A stretch of DNA of 64,000 bases from Ancylonema sp. (Eukaryota), in the NCBI GenBank assembly GCA_050230475.1, contig JBFLGF010000077.1, positions 1-64,000 of the forward strand, read 5' to 3'. The translations under genes were made by a program, and so were the position numbers. The notes under the pieces were generated by a model, which saw nothing but the letters and a program-made list of their open reading frames with translations, had not been told where the DNA came from and did no database searches. Positions 1-13,478 of this stretch are shown in pieces (within the stretch, counting starts at the first letter, position 1; the number at the start of each line of letters is the position of its first letter).

Positions 1-915
1 CATATGGCTATCCAAAATATTCTAACACGTTTCAACATGAAAGACCTAGGAGAGGTCACTTTCCTCCCCGGTTTGGAGATCCGTCGACAAGACAACGGTG
101 ATGTGTTTTTGTGCCAGGAGAAGTACGCACGTAAGGTGTTGGTCAACTTTGTTACGGAGGAGAGCAAGGCTGCTGCAACACCTTTTGAGCTGGGAAGTCA
201 TTTCATTGTAGATCAGTGTGAGGATGGAGGAGAGTTGGGGAATGTGCCGTAAAAATCAGCAATGGGAAGCTTGGTGTATCTTACATCTCGCACAATACCT
301 TATCTGGCTACTGCAGTCAACACTTTGTGTAGGTTTAGTCAGAACTCAAGACGTGAGCATTGGGAGGGGGTAAAGCGGGTTCTGCGCTATCTGAAAGGAA
401 CTCAGGGGCTAGGTCAAATGTACAAGAAAGGAGGGGTTTTGTCCGTTTGGGGATATAGCGATGCAAGTCGTGCTGGGGATACTGACACTCGCAATGGTAG
501 GGGTAGGTATGTGGTCATGAGTGGAGGGGCTGCTGTTAGCTAGCGCAGTAGTCTTTTGGAGACAGTCACCCACAGCAGTTGTGAGAGTGAGTATGTGGCG
601 TTCAGCAATGCAGGGAATGAGGCCATGTATCTCAGTCAAATGCAGCAAGAGATGGGAATTTATGGGTGTGGTGGGGTGTTGTTGTTGGGAGACAATGAGT
701 CATCGATGAAACTGACTAAAAATCCAGTCATTCATCGACGATCCAAGCATATTGAGATTAAGTACCATTATATTCGAGACAGTGTGGCTAAGAAGCAAAT
801 TCGTTTGCAGTTTGTGAAGAGTGAGCAACAAGCTACTGACATGCTGACCAAGCCAGTCAGCCAAAAGATTCTGAGGGACGACTGTGCTTTGATTGGGTTG
901 ATGTTCGAGAAGTAA
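1..915 (+). mobile_element. Ty1/Copia retrotransposon 3' remnant (RT C-terminus + RNase H), degenerate
   Basis: Three consecutive same-frame ORFs separated by stops: FNMKDLGE, MGSLVYLTSRTIPYLATAV, WGYSDAS, SSCESEYVA, LLGDNES, HRRSKHIEIKYHYIRD, QATDMLTKP. Followed by polypurine tract GGAGGGGG (~1010-1017) and a TGTT LTR start at 1018. LTR end not determined. Confidence 0.9.
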
Positions 916-1435
916 ATGTTGGTGTTTGTGTTGATGTTACGTGGTGTTGGTGTAGATGTTTGTGTTTTTGAAAAAGCGATATTTTTGGAGGGGGGAGTGT
1001 AGTTCCCAAGGAGGGGGTGTTAAGTTTGGATACTGGGATTTTGTTTTGTCGTTATATTGATTTTTGAGGAGCGTCGATTTAACGACTTATTTTTTCGATA
1101 TGTTTTCTTTTGTTTCGGCAAGTGTCGATTGTTATATCGAATTAGATTTGATTAATTCTGATGTGACATATCTTGTTGTTTTGCACTTTTAGCCACGTGT
1201 CGACACTTGTCGATAAGTTGTCGATAAGATTGAGGTTTAGCCTTATCACTTGTGCGGCGCGAGCAGCGGCTTGTGCTGTCTGGTTAAAAAAGCAGACTTT
1301 ACGCTCAAAAGGGTAATCAAAGTTGTGAGATCTCAAGTGGCTATTGTGTTGAATCATTCTTGTGTCTTGCTAAGTTAATTGATTCATGAGAGAGTAATTA
1401 CGACATCGATCTATAAAGATGGCAGAATCAAGTAG

Positions 1436-1725
1436 TCACAAGTTACTGATAAAAAATTCCGCCAATGGCAACCAATCTTCCCAATTAGACATGTCGTCAT
1501 CGATGAAGCAACGCAAATATTGCTCCGAAGTGCGGTTAGTCCTTTCGGTTTGTTCATCCGTCTGTGGGTGAAAAGATGTGCCCATCTTTAAAACCACATC
1601 CATACCCGCACAGAACGTTTGCGTGAAGTTGGACCGAAACTTTGGATCACGATCACATATTATCTCGCGCGGGAGTTCATGAGGGCGGAAAACCGTTTCC
1701 ATGAAATTCCGACTAAAATCCGACC
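1436..1725 (-). mobile_element. Isolated Ty3/Gypsy integrase core fragment
   Basis: LPREIICDRDPKF...TSFHPQTDEQTERTNRTSEQYLRCF...WEDWLPLAEF. A diverged paralog of the integrase at ~3150-3480. Confidence 0.8.
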
Positions 1726-1755
1726 AAACTATGGCGTGCCTTTATGGACGGTGTG

Positions 1756-2377
1756 TGTAATGTATCGCCACAGGGCGATATAAATGACGTTATTTGCAAA
1801 TAACCAACACATACGACTTGAACGTAATCGACACGCTTTGTCCGCAATCTGCACCAGCTAGAGCTTGTTCAATTATCGAATGCTCTCCAGGCTGCGGCGT
1901 GTATTGAAGGCGGAGCTCACGATCGAATCGTGCACAGGATCGTGTTCAGTTGAGGGAAAGCTCCCTCAGCTGACAGCGGTTCGCCCAGGCCACTTGAAAG
2001 CTCTACGAGCTCGAACTGTCGATGCGGGATTGAATCCGCAAACGACGGTTGACTTGCGTCATGTACGGCTGAATCCGTACGAACGGACGGGGACTTTGAC
2101 CCGTCAAAGGACCCGTCGACATAATAGACAGTTATTACCGGCTCGGGACGGGAACGGGGACGGGAACGGGAACGGGAACGGGGACGGGAATATCTTATAT
2201 TAAACAAGTATTAATTGGCGCAACATTGCGCCATATATAAATAATACTTAGGCGAGGCGCAGACCCGAGGCCGGCGTCCCTCTCTATAAGCAACTTTGCT
2301 TATAGGCGCAATCGATAATTAACTTAATTATCGACAAAACAAGAGTACTGCACAAGAGCACACGTCACTCCGTTACA
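1756..2377 (-). repeat. Gypsy 3' LTR (TG...CA on minus strand)
   Basis: Reverse-complement homolog of 58471-59062 (~90% by eye). Preceded on the minus strand by PPT AAGGGGGGGCGAG (2378-2390) and followed by CACAC. Confidence 0.9.
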
Positions 2378-4803
2378 CTCGCCCCCCCTTAAGTGGCAAT
2401 GTCCGCATTGACCACAAAAGAAGTTACTATGTCTTTTTCCGTTTCCGCAGTCCTGAACTGGACTAATCCGTCGGAAAATTCTCAAATTCTGACTGGACTA
2501 ATTCGTGTGCGCTTGACACTCTTCGCACTGTTGTCCTTCGCTTTTGACAAAGACTTTTGTCGAGCCACGAATTTAGTTACCATCAGTGGCGCTGATTTTT
2601 CAATAACTATCGCTGGGTCCCAAGTGTTATGTTCAGGTCTATGATCCAACCACTTGACCAGAAATTCACGTCGTGTGCCACGGCCGACTTTCAGATATTG
2701 GAAATCGAGGAGTTTTTCGATTTCATATTCTACATTAGCTTCCACGGCAACCGAATCGACGATTTACCCAGTACAAAACGCCGCAACAAACTCACATGAA
2801 ACACGCAACAAACTCACTTGAAACACATTGTGACTTTTCAGATGCACGGGCCACTCCAATCGGTAGGCAACCTCACCGATGCTGGCCAACACCTTAAACG
2901 GACCAATGAACTTAGGCCAGAGTTTACTAGGCCCGGGTGTTGATAGAGTGATCCTCCTCCAACAGAAGATGGTTCCACCAATTTTATGCGGTTGTCAGCA
3001 TTCATTTTCTGCCTTGCTTGAGCCTCTTGATAACTCTTCCGAGCCTTCTTTAAGAGTGTGTCAATCTTGGCACGAAAACGTTCAGCGGCAGGGTCCCAAT
3101 CTCTTGGCTGCCCCGTTTGCAAACGAGCACTTGCCCGAAGGGTTAACGGTGTCTTTGGGTGCTGACCGCCATTCATCTCGAATGGAGTACAGTGGATGGT
3201 TTCTTGACAAGCATTGTTTATCGAAAACTCAGCCAATGGCAACCAATCCTCCCAATCGGACATGTCGACATCGATGAAGCAAAGATAATGCTCCAAAGTT
3301 CGATTAGTCCTCTCGGTTTGCCCGTCGGTCTGAGGATGAAAAGAAGTACTCATCTTCAAATCGACACCCAATCCAGCAAATAACGGATGTTTGCGTGACC
3401 GCGGCACGAAATTTAGGATCTCGATCACAAATAATTTCGTCGGGAAAGGCCATGGAGTCTTACAACTCCATCGAGATGAAATAACGGGCAACAAAATTCT
3501 TTGCCGTCATCGATTCCTCAACCGCGATGAGATGAACCATCTTCGAAAACCTATCGACAAACACAAGAATCGAATTCTTTCGTGCGGTAGTCACAAGACT
3601 TGTGATAAAGTCCATCGATAACGATGACCAACGGCGTTCCGGGATTGGCAAAGGTTGCAACAACCCTTGTGGCCTACTATCGTTGACAAAAAAGACAGCC
3701 CCGGACAAAGTTGGAAACATCCACCAACACTGTCGGCCACCAATAAGTACGTTTGATGAACTCAATCGACTTCTTGGCGCCAAAATGACCACTTCTTGGC
3801 GCCAAAATGACCCGCAACCGCACTTGCGTGCCCAAGTTGCATGATTGTGTCTCGAGCCGCCGCGGGCACGACTACACGGTCATCTTTATACCATAATCCT
3901 GTGGTATAGTTTAGGTGGTATACCCCTGTTTGGCAAGATGGGGAGCCCTCACACTCAGTGCCGACGACATATCCTTCCGCGATCGTCTTAGCCAAATCTA
4001 TGGCTGAATCTGGGAAACCAATTGCATCGTGGTGGGGTCCGGAAAAGTAGCTATCCCTTCCTCGCTCCCTTGCCGTGGTTCAGGTGCCGTTGTGACACTA
4101 GGAGGCAAGGGCACCTTCCTACCGATACGACTTAGAGAGTCGGCCAGATTTGTGCGTCCAGGCCGATATTCCCATCGAAAATCGTACGACTGTAACAGCT
4201 CAGACCATCGTGCTTGCCGCCTTAACAACTCAGTCTTAGTACTTAGGAAGACATTCGGATTATGATCGGTTACGACCACAAAAGAATGGGCACCTTCCAA
4301 ACAGCACCGCCACTTACGCAAGCAATGGACGGTGGCGAGCAACTCTTGCTCACCAACACCATAGCGTTGTTTTGCGTGGTTCACGGTTCGTGACTCATAT
4401 GCAATGGCTCTTGAACCCTGGAATAAAACTCCTCCTAACGAATGCATGGACGCATCCGTTACAACTTCACAAGGAAGATTCGGATCAAACAACGCCAACG
4501 TTGGCGCGTGGGTTAAACACCACTTAAGTCAATCAAATGACTTTTGGCAATTGATGGTACACTCAAAGTGTGTCGACGCCCTAGTCAAATTCGTCATTGG
4601 TTTAGCAATCTCCGCAAATCTATAAATGAATTTTCGGAAGTAATTCGCCAATCCAAGAAACGGAATTACGTCCTTGACATCCGCCGGAATAGGCCAATCC
4701 GGGATGACACTTTTGAGCATCGGGTCGAATACCTTCGGGCCCAACCTCATGCCCTAAGTAAAGAAGTTTTTCTTGCATAAACGTGCATTTTTTTGTCTAT
4801 TGC
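1756..4803 (-). mobile_element. 3' half of a chromodomain-bearing Ty3/Gypsy element (RT C-term, RNase H, integrase, chromodomain, PPT, 3' LTR), frameshifted
   Basis: KKCTFMQEKLLYLGHEV...FLGLANYFRKFI (RT); VVTDAS...EQELLA...TDHNPN (RNase H); GHFG, LSMDFITSL, FVDRFSKMVH, HPQTDGQTERTNR (INT); EYEIEKLLD...FLVKW...HNTW (chromodomain, 2482-2745). Confidence 0.9.
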
Positions 4804-5244
4804 TATTATGGCTCACTAAAAAACGAAGAGGATCAATAATTACTAGTGTTTTTTACAGTACGTGCGTCGTACTTGCTAACATAGTCGTAGCAACTAACAC
4901 GGCTATAAAAAAAATTATACTTGTCCTATTCAACACAGTTGGTCCTTGTTGCATCACCGATGGTCCATGATGTCAATCACTATCCCCCGTGCTACTGTAA
5001 ACCGCCACTTCCACACAAATACAAAAGGCAACATTATCCCGACACGATTGCTGGTACTCATCTCTAATTTGTTTTCTCTCTGTCATGGGAGCAAAGCTAG
5101 GATGCCAAGCAACGTGACTATTCCGAAGCACACACAAGTGCAAATTTGAAAATTTGCAAATTCGCATATTTGCTTCATACACCCGTATGCAAATTTCTCA
5201 CCCGCGCCTCATCAAACTCACATTTCCCCGAGGTTCTCTACAAC

Positions 5245-8200
5245 CTACCAACCCATGGCACACCCATCTGCCCGCCCTTCCGACCCCCCCCATAGTACCC
5301 CCGTCTTCGGATCCCTCATAATCATTTGTCCTCGACCGAACACCTCCCGCCCCCACCCCGTCACGAGCGTGATGTTATGTCCCATCTTCCTTAACTCCTC
5401 TGCCATCTCCTCCCTCCCTGGCCCCGCCTCAAAATCCACGTGGCTCATCTCTACCAAGTGCGGCCCGTGCCCTTTGGAGGAGTTAGGGACAGCGGTGATG
5501 CAGAACCGCAGGCGGTCAATGGCTGCCTGTGGGTTTGCGCCGTAGTCTAACACGGCGCTCATCACCTGGAGGTGGCCTTGGGGCTGCATGAAGCCGCCTG
5601 GAGAAGCAGGGGTGGGGGGGGGGAAGAGACAACTTTGAGATCTGTCGTAGGTCATACGTGCATCGTGGAAAAGTAGTTGTCATGGGATTCCATACGAATC
5701 CTCGTGAGCAATGAGGTGATGTCAAGTTGAGGTTGTTTATTGTGCGTGTCTTCATTTCTAGCACAATATCTCGTACAGTGCCTTATTGAGGTCAGCTGTC
5801 AGCTCAAAGATTTCCGTCGCGTCTGCGTCCAAGTGCCTAACCGCATAACCGTGGATAGGATTGAGACAGTTACCCATGACTCCAAACACGCAGTGAAGTG
5901 GCCCCGCTTCCAACCCTTCCTTCTCTGGTGGCCAGGTGGCAAGCCCAGGGATGATGGTGTGGTAGGGACGCTTGCGGGGCCCCACGCAGTTGGGGTGGTT
6001 GGGGTCGAGGGAGAAGTTCTGACCGCGACTCTGGAGGGAAAATCCGCAGCCCTGAGGCACGATGCCTGTTCCGAAACCGCTGCATAAAAAAAATAAAAAA
6101 AATAAAAAGAGGAGAGGCATTTGGAGGTTGGAATTCAGGGTTCAGGGCAGAAGAGTTGGGGGTTTGGCGGGGGGATGAGGAGACCCCTTACGTGTAGTTG
6201 CTGTTGATCATGCTGCACCCGTTCCCCTCCCCATCCACGCAGCAGAAGTAGACCGTATCCGACCCCCCCCCCCTGGGCCCCGCCTTCACTGAGATGGCGA
6301 CATCTGGCTTGATCTCCTTGGCCCGAGCGGCAGCAAACTTTTTGGACAGCATTTCCTCGTACGGATTTTCGGTGTGGTGCAGGGGATCGGCCACGTGGGT
6401 CAGAGAATCCGCAAACGCCAATCTCATGGCCTCAATCGCCACGTGTTGGTACGCGGCTCCCCCCTTCTCCACCACCCCGGGATGGGAGGACTCGTAGGCC
6501 TCCAGGATGTTGAGAGCCAGGAGGGCGGTTATCCCCTGGGTGGGCGGGGGTACCTCCCATATGGTTATCCCCTTGTAGGTGGAGCAGATGGGGTTGGCCA
6601 GGGCGGATTCGTGGGAGGAGAGGTCTTCCAGACTCATCACCCCCCCCAGGTCCCCTAAGACCTTCACAATAGCTTCTGCTACAGGGCCTTCGTAGAAACC
6701 CTTCTTGCCATGGGCTGGGGGGGGGGAGAGGATTGCGGTGTTAGTGTTGGTATTATTATAATCGTTGAGACTATCATGATGGACAAAAATGGACAAAGAG
6801 TTTTTCTTCTTTTTTCTTTCTCTTGAGATGTGGGGGGTGGTGATGGGTGTTTACATGTCTGTTTTAGAAAATCGTACGAACATGAGTGTGTACTGTTGTG
6901 CTCAGAGTGGAGATCTTCTGAGAAACTAGTCACTACCCGCATAGCCTGCCTCTCCCCCCCGTCCCTCTCCACCTGCCAGCAACTTGAAGGTGTTGGCCAA
7001 CGTCTTGTTGTGCATTATTTCTCCCGCCCTAGGAGCACGCTTCCCCTCATACATCAACTCCGCCCCATGAGGCCCATTGCTGAGCTGGCACCCAACCCCG
7101 CCTCCAACCCGACTCAGCCCCCCCCCCCCCAACCGTATTTCTCGGTTGTCCAATCATGGCTTGCCAGCTCACCTGCCACTCACTGCCTGCCCACTGGTTG
7201 GCCGTGACGGGCCCCACGGGCCAACCGTCGTCCGCCAGCTGGATAGCTGGCTCCAAGACTTTGGCCAATGGCAGCTTGCCATATCGGTGGTTGGTGTCCA
7301 CCCATGCAGCAGCCGCGCCCGGGACTACAACCGTGAGGGCATCAGAGTTGGGGATGAGCCCGGTGTGCCCGCGCTGAGTCACCAGGTCCAGGGTGAGACC
7401 AGCTGGACTGCACAGGGGAGGTCACATTCAATGTATCTGGAGGGGGGGATGCCACGGATTCATGGCATAGACTCACAGCCTTCTTTTGAATGGGCTGGGA
7501 TCACAGGACAGTTCTCTACTTCACTACTGTTACTAGTACTGCACTCTTTCTATAATAACTACAAGTAACAGTACACGGAAAAGTATTGAAAATGTGAAAG
7601 AGTGCTATAATTGGTACTATTGTCTGGCCATGCATCTCTTCGCAGCTGCATATCCGTTCCGTTCCGGGTAGTCCCGGTTCTCCTTTAACATATTTTTTCT
7701 ATATTTGATGTACACTGGCAGAGCATCCAAAGACAAATTATGCATGCACAATGTAGAAACACAAGTGGCAAAAACGAAGCTCTGCGATCCAAAATGGCGC
7801 AATTGCAGGATGATGGCAGTCGTTTGGATGTTCTCAATCATGTCGGGCAGCACCACACCTTTTCCCATTCCCTTGTAAGCTCTCCACGACCTTTATCTTA
7901 GCATCATACCACAACACGAAGGCATCACCGCCAGCTCCGGACAAACGACTTCCTATTAAGATCCTGCATGACAACTTGGGGTGCGACACACCGGCATGCT
8001 AATCTTTTCAACAGTTCGATGCAGGAAAGCAGTTCTGACAAACTCGGATGTGACCTTCAGCGCCATGACATGGCAAGACGACATGATATGTACGGGCAGT
8101 AGAGATCTGATCGGCAGAAGGGAAACAAAAACAACGAGCAAAAATCCGAACAATAGTGGCTGCCGCACCTATCCCTGTCGAGCAAGGGTCGCACACATTG

Positions 8201-8355
8201 AGTGCTGCGGCCATGGCTACGGCCGCATCCGCAGCTGTTCCGCCTGCCTGTAGCGTCCGAAGGCCAGCCTCAGTGGCCAGCGGCTGAGAGGACGCGCACA
8301 TACCCCGCCGAGCTACCGTGACCGACCGCCGTGAAAAATACTCGCTTTCAGCCAT
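5245..8355 (-). CDS. Gamma-glutamyltranspeptidase / glutathione hydrolase (T3 Ntn-hydrolase), ~7 exons
   Basis: Approximate exons 8355-8169 ([16 protein letters not shown]...[14 protein letters not shown]), ~7935-7859 ([10 protein letters not shown]), 7407-7172 ([10 protein letters not shown]), 7085-6976, 6714-6192 (WEVPPPTQG; catalytic Thr in [23 protein letters not shown]), 6082-5873 (GFGTGIVP...[10 protein letters not shown]), 5598-5245 (GGFMQPQGH...GRGQ...[11 protein letters not shown]). Confidence 0.92.
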
Positions 8356-8978
8356 CGCTTCTGACAGATTGCTACCCACCCCGATTCCCCTTTCAGCTGT
8401 CGGGTTCGCAACTACGTAATTCAAGACGATTTCTGGTGCCGAGGAATTCTGTTCGCTCTATCCTCGCGCTGTAGAACTTCAAAGCTTCAGTAGTACGCGA
8501 TGTCTCCCTCTTTGGTCAAGTCAAACGACCGGAGAAGATTCTCGTCGATCCGGGTATTGTTTTGGATTACGCCACATTTGCGCCGAACTTGCGTCACCTG
8601 CGGACATTTTTCAGTGCGCGCCAGAAAAAATGCATCGGAGATTCGGAGGCGGTCCGCTAAAAAGTAAAGCCACGTGGGCTTCTGTGGTTGTCCAACCGAC
8701 AGAGACACATGGCATTCTTGCTACACGTGGCAAAGCATCGCACCTAGCATCGCACCAAAAACCTTCTGAACTGGACTACCACCATCCAGGGAAGACATGG
8801 CTGGCTTCTTCGTATCAAAAAACACAAGTCTCCGATAAGCTACATTAGACGTTGCTCTCACGCCATTCACTCTGCGTATTCGCGTCAGAAAGACAAAGAG
8901 CTGTGCGGGAGCAAGTTTTCGAAAGGAAACCTGCTGCCATTTTCCCGAAAAAAAACTTTGTCGTTTTCTACCCGGTAA
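8356..8978. promoter_or_regulatory. Putative bidirectional promoter between GGT and TauE genes
   Basis: Divergent ATGs 623 bp apart. G-box cores CACGTG in GCCACGTGG (~8668) and ACACGTGGC (~8723). Confidence 0.45.
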
Positions 8979-11900
8979 ATGATGACCTCTTCTGCGCGAA
9001 GGCTCCTCATCTTCGGCGCCTTTTTGGTCCTGTTTGGACTCCTGCACACATGCGAGGCAGCGTCCGCCAGATTTTCGTTCCATCAGTTGACTGCCCTTCG
9101 AACAAAGAGTTCTTCAGGAGAAATTATCTCCGATTCTAAAGCAAACTTACTTGAACAACACGCGGGCCTGGGGGATGTCGTCGGACCCAGCACATCGTTT
9201 CAACTGAATGCTTACACTGGAGGAGCGCTCCTGCTAGCTTGCCTTGTAAGTACTCACCTCGACTACGTGGTTGCATTCATCCTTACTGCTTCGTCAGGGG
9301 TACGACCGATTTTCAAATCTCCGACCTTTTTTCGTTGATCCGTGGATGTACGGAACTTGTCTATGGTTATGCTATGGTTATGCTATGGTTATGCTATGGT
9401 TATGCTGGATGGGGAGAAACCATCACCACAAGAAATTCCCGAATCAAGTCTCGTCCCTGTTCGAATTTCCTATTCTACTCGAGTGTACTCAAAGCTCGTA
9501 CATCTCTTTCTTTTCAAACTGTTCACACCCTTCACTATAATCAAGGTATCTTTGAGTTATCTTGGGCAGTCTGCGGAGATGATGGAGGTTATTGCAAACT
9601 TGCCAGATTGTCGATCAAATGGTCATTTCGACATGAAGTACTAAAATTTTGTCAGAATTTCATCATGATGTACGAAAACACACACATCAAACTCGTGGAC
9701 TACTCCCACACACTCTTTAATTCCCGTGGGCCCCATGGTGGGCTCATCCCACCCACGTGTTCAGCAGGTGGAGTTAGTAACCTTTATTGTAACCTTCATC
9801 GTGACCTTTATCGTAACCTTAATCGTAACCTTCATCGTAACCTTCATCGTAACCTTCGTCGTAACCTTTATGGTACCCTCGATAGTACGTTCTTAACCGG
9901 TTCGTGTTCTTGGTGCCCCAGTGCGCCCTCTTAGCCAACTCCGCCGGTATCGGAGGCGGTCCCTTCTACATGCCGCTATTCGTTGCGGTGCTGGGCTTCA
10001 ACATGAATGCAGCAACCGCACTATCCCACACTGTGGTGGCCTCAGGGTATACTCCTCACCCCCACTTCACAGGTGGCCCCCACCTTCCACGGCTGGAGGA
10101 TTGGAGGAGCGGCTGGGGGCGGGTTCACGGAGGAAGCAAATATTAGAGTACACAGTAACACTGTTAATTTAAATACTGCCTAGTACAACGGCTGAGTCAT
10201 CAGACACACCGCATGCCTGCTCCGTTTGCTGGTGGTAAAACACAACATTACTTTCTCCGGCAGCTCCTCCTGAAGTCCCATCCATGACCACTCGTCCTTC
10301 TCGTTTTGTATCACTCCAATGAGACTTGTCTCCTTTGGCTTCCCTTGTCTTACCCCCTCCCGCTCACGTGCCTCCTCCAGTGCTATCGCCAGCACGGTCT
10401 ACGGCATATGGCAGCGCAGCCCTGTGGATCCAACCAAGTCTTTGGTGGATTTCAGTTTGGCGCTCACGTTTGTGCCTGCACTCCTGGTGGGGGCGGGGAT
10501 CGGAGGTACGACCACATAGCTAAAGTAGATTGAATTCTTGAACAGTGACAGGTTGCTTATGATGCAAGGTTAATCAAAGGGAACAGGTGGCGGCGTTTGG
10601 AGTGGGAAAACATTTTGCATCTCTGTATGGTGCATTGGAAAGTCTTTCATTCTGACTGGTATCAAACACGATTTTGTAGATTAAAACTAAACGATATGGC
10701 AAATGAAGGCTAGAATCGGCCTTCTCCTCCATGCAATGACCTCAAACGCGCATCTGTGTCTTCCCGTTATGGCATCCTTTTTTGCAACCAAACGAAAATA
10801 GACATGGCGCATGTTGGAATTCCATTCCAAAAGAGTATTACGAACCACCATGATGAACGAATTCTCCATAACACTCTAGCGCTCCGTGAGGGGTCCTGCT
10901 ACAATACAAAAAAAAGTTGTTCTTCGACCATCTGACCATGGGGCTGGGGGTGGAGCAGTGATCTTCAACACGTTGGTTCCGCGATGGCTCCAAGTCTCGG
11001 GCCTCACTCTCCTGCTGCTCTTTGTCATACGCAAGACGGGCGCAAAGGCGCGAAGTGCGTGGGTGAAAGAAACCAAGGGCAGGCAAGGGGGGCAGGTGAG
11101 AAACACATCCATCCATCCACACTCCTCCTCCTACGCCTGCCTTCCCCTCAGTGGTGGCAGAAGCCCACCATACTTTTAAACCAACAAGCAGGTGTGAAAC
11201 GAACGAACGATGGTTTGTTTTCAGGTGGAGGTTGAGTCAGAGGAGAGGCAAGGGGTGACCTCAGAATGGGGCCCCCTTCCCCCTCCCCCCCCCCCTGCGG
11301 TGAAACATGGGGACGGCCTGGTGGGCCAGCTGAAGGAGTGGGGGGACCACGTGGTGGAGGAGATTTGCCACGTCATCCACTACCAGGAAGTGAGGAGGGA
11401 GTGGTCGGTGGGGAGGAGACGGTTTGAGGATGTGGCCGCGCCGATGGGGATACTTGTGGGTAAGGGGAGGACAAGGAAGGCATGTTTTTTTCAGTACTTG
11501 TATCAATATTTTCTGGTTGGTTTGTCGACTCGTACTCGGAAGTTGGAAGCGAAATGTTGTTCTACTTTGCATCTACCAGCATTCTTACAGGCTCCATACC
11601 ACTACCGACTTTGAACCGAATGAAAGTTGTCCATGCTGTCGGTGTTCCTCTGTTACTCATCTTGCCATTGGGGGGTGTATGCCGTCCTCTTCTCCTCCTT
11701 ATCCTTCCAGTGGTGTGGGCGGTGTTTCTAGCATTCAAGCTGGGAATGGCCAAATCCGAAAAATGTTCCCTTTGGTTCTTCCTTCTGTGGGGCGGGCAGA
11801 CCGCCTTCTGCGCCACTGTCACTGCCCTTGTAGTACTCCACCAGGTAAGCAGGGAGAGGGGAGCCGTGTATTCTCGTCAGGAAAGGCTCCAAAGGTCCAT

Positions 11901-13478
11901 TTCTTCCTCGTCTCTTTTGTTGTGGTCGAGTTTGTTTCGATTTCGGGTTTCCAATTCTGTCTTGAGTTTATCAAAAGGAAACAACCGTCTGCCTCAAGTC
12001 GGCCTCCATCATTCCCTCAGCGCCAACGGCTGGAGCCAGCTGCCTGTCCTCAACCTCCCACCCTCCCACCCTCCCACCCTCCCACCCTCCCACCCTCCCA
12101 CCCTCCCATCCTCCTGGGACAGGTGCGAAAGGTGGAGAGTGATTCGGTAGACCTGGACGTGAGTATGCAGCAGCTGCTGCTGGGGGCGGACGGGACGAAG
12201 TCCAACACCGCGGCGGTGGGCCAACTGCTCAAGGCGGTTGGCATCATGGTGGTGGCGGGCGCTACTGCGGGACTGCTGGGGATTGGAGGTACTTTCACCT
12301 GTGCACCCTTGCAGCCACATGAGACTCTGTTGTAAACCCCTGGAGCCTATCTCAGCAGTGGCATCGTATTGTTGGCGTCTATTTTTGCATTCCGTTTGAG
12401 TCGACACCTATCTGTTTGGGCAATTTTGGCGCAGGAGCCCTCATCTTCAACCCCTTTCTTCTGGCCATGGGGGTGCATCCGCAGGTGCGTTGGGGACAGG
12501 TGTCACCTTTTTTTAGGAATACAGGAATGCAGAATGAGCAAATGTTATGGCCGCAGCTGGATAGGGCATGGGGAGCTCTGGAAGTATAATCGTGAGTGGG
12601 TTGATTGCGTAACCGATTATTTTCTCGATGGTGGTTCACTCGTTACTATCACACACCTTGAGGAACAGTTAAGATTTGGGTAGTGAGAAAGAGCAACACG
12701 AGGTGCTAAGTGTGGCAAAAACTATCGCCCTCCTAATGTCAACTGCTGGTGGACCAAAAGTTAAAGAAAGGAAAAAAGGAGAAGTTATATCAAAGCTACG
12801 GAACCTGGAGTGGAACGAGCTGCAGTGTAAAACGACATCTCTTCTCACGGCAACAGTTTCGTGACCTTGTACACCCCTTGGCTCCACGTGCAGGTCACCG
12901 CTGCAACTGCGGTGATTATGATACTGTTCAGCAGCAGCACCATTTCCATATCTCTCGATTTCCAAGGCCTACTAAACGAGAGCTACGCGGTTGCCTTTGC
13001 TCCCGCTTGTGCCTTCGCTGCTCTTCTGGGGGTCACTCTCGTAGGGCGGATTGTGAAACAGACTGGTAAGGCAAAGCACGGATCTCCCTTGTCAGTGTGC
13101 ACCAAGAAGCGTTGCAGAGATGAAAGATTGATTCCCTTTTGTGGGATTACAAGGGAGGCAATGCTCGTTTCGTGAAACAGAGCCGACATACGTAGCCATA
13201 CGCGTAGCCGTACGCTTTTGTTACCATTCCAGATGGGCATTGTTATTCGTCTGATTCACGGGCTCTTTGAAGTCACGTGTTCTTCACCGTCTTGCGAGAG
13301 GGCAATGGATGATAAATGTGTATTCGCTGACTCTGCAGGTCGTGCTTCCATCATCATCATCATCCTCACCAGCCTCATGGCTGTTGGCACCGTTTTAACG
13401 GTTGTGTTTGAAGGTTCTTCGGCATATAATGACATTAGAATCGGGGAGAATGTTGGTGTCCAACCGTTTTGCTCTTAG
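8979..13478 (+). CDS. Sulfite exporter TauE/SafE family membrane protein, ~10 exons
   Basis: Signal-like N-terminus, then ANSAGIGGGPFYMPL, LVDFSLALTFVPALLVGAGIG, and second repeat AGATAGLLGIGG..ALIFNPFLLAMGVHPQ-VTAATAVIMILFSSS, GRASIIIIIL. Approximate exons 8979-9245, 9921-10048, 10381-10505, ~10957-11095, 11225-11388, ~11708-11844, 12123-12288, 12434-12484, 12893-13065, 13339-13478. Confidence 0.88.
9776..9876. repeat. Intronic 12-bp minisatellite (AACCTTCATCGT-like, ~8 copies)
   Basis: Visible tandem array. The TauE introns also contain (GCTATGGTTAT)x4 at ~9361-9404 and (CCCTCCCA)n at ~12054-12108. Confidence 0.85.
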
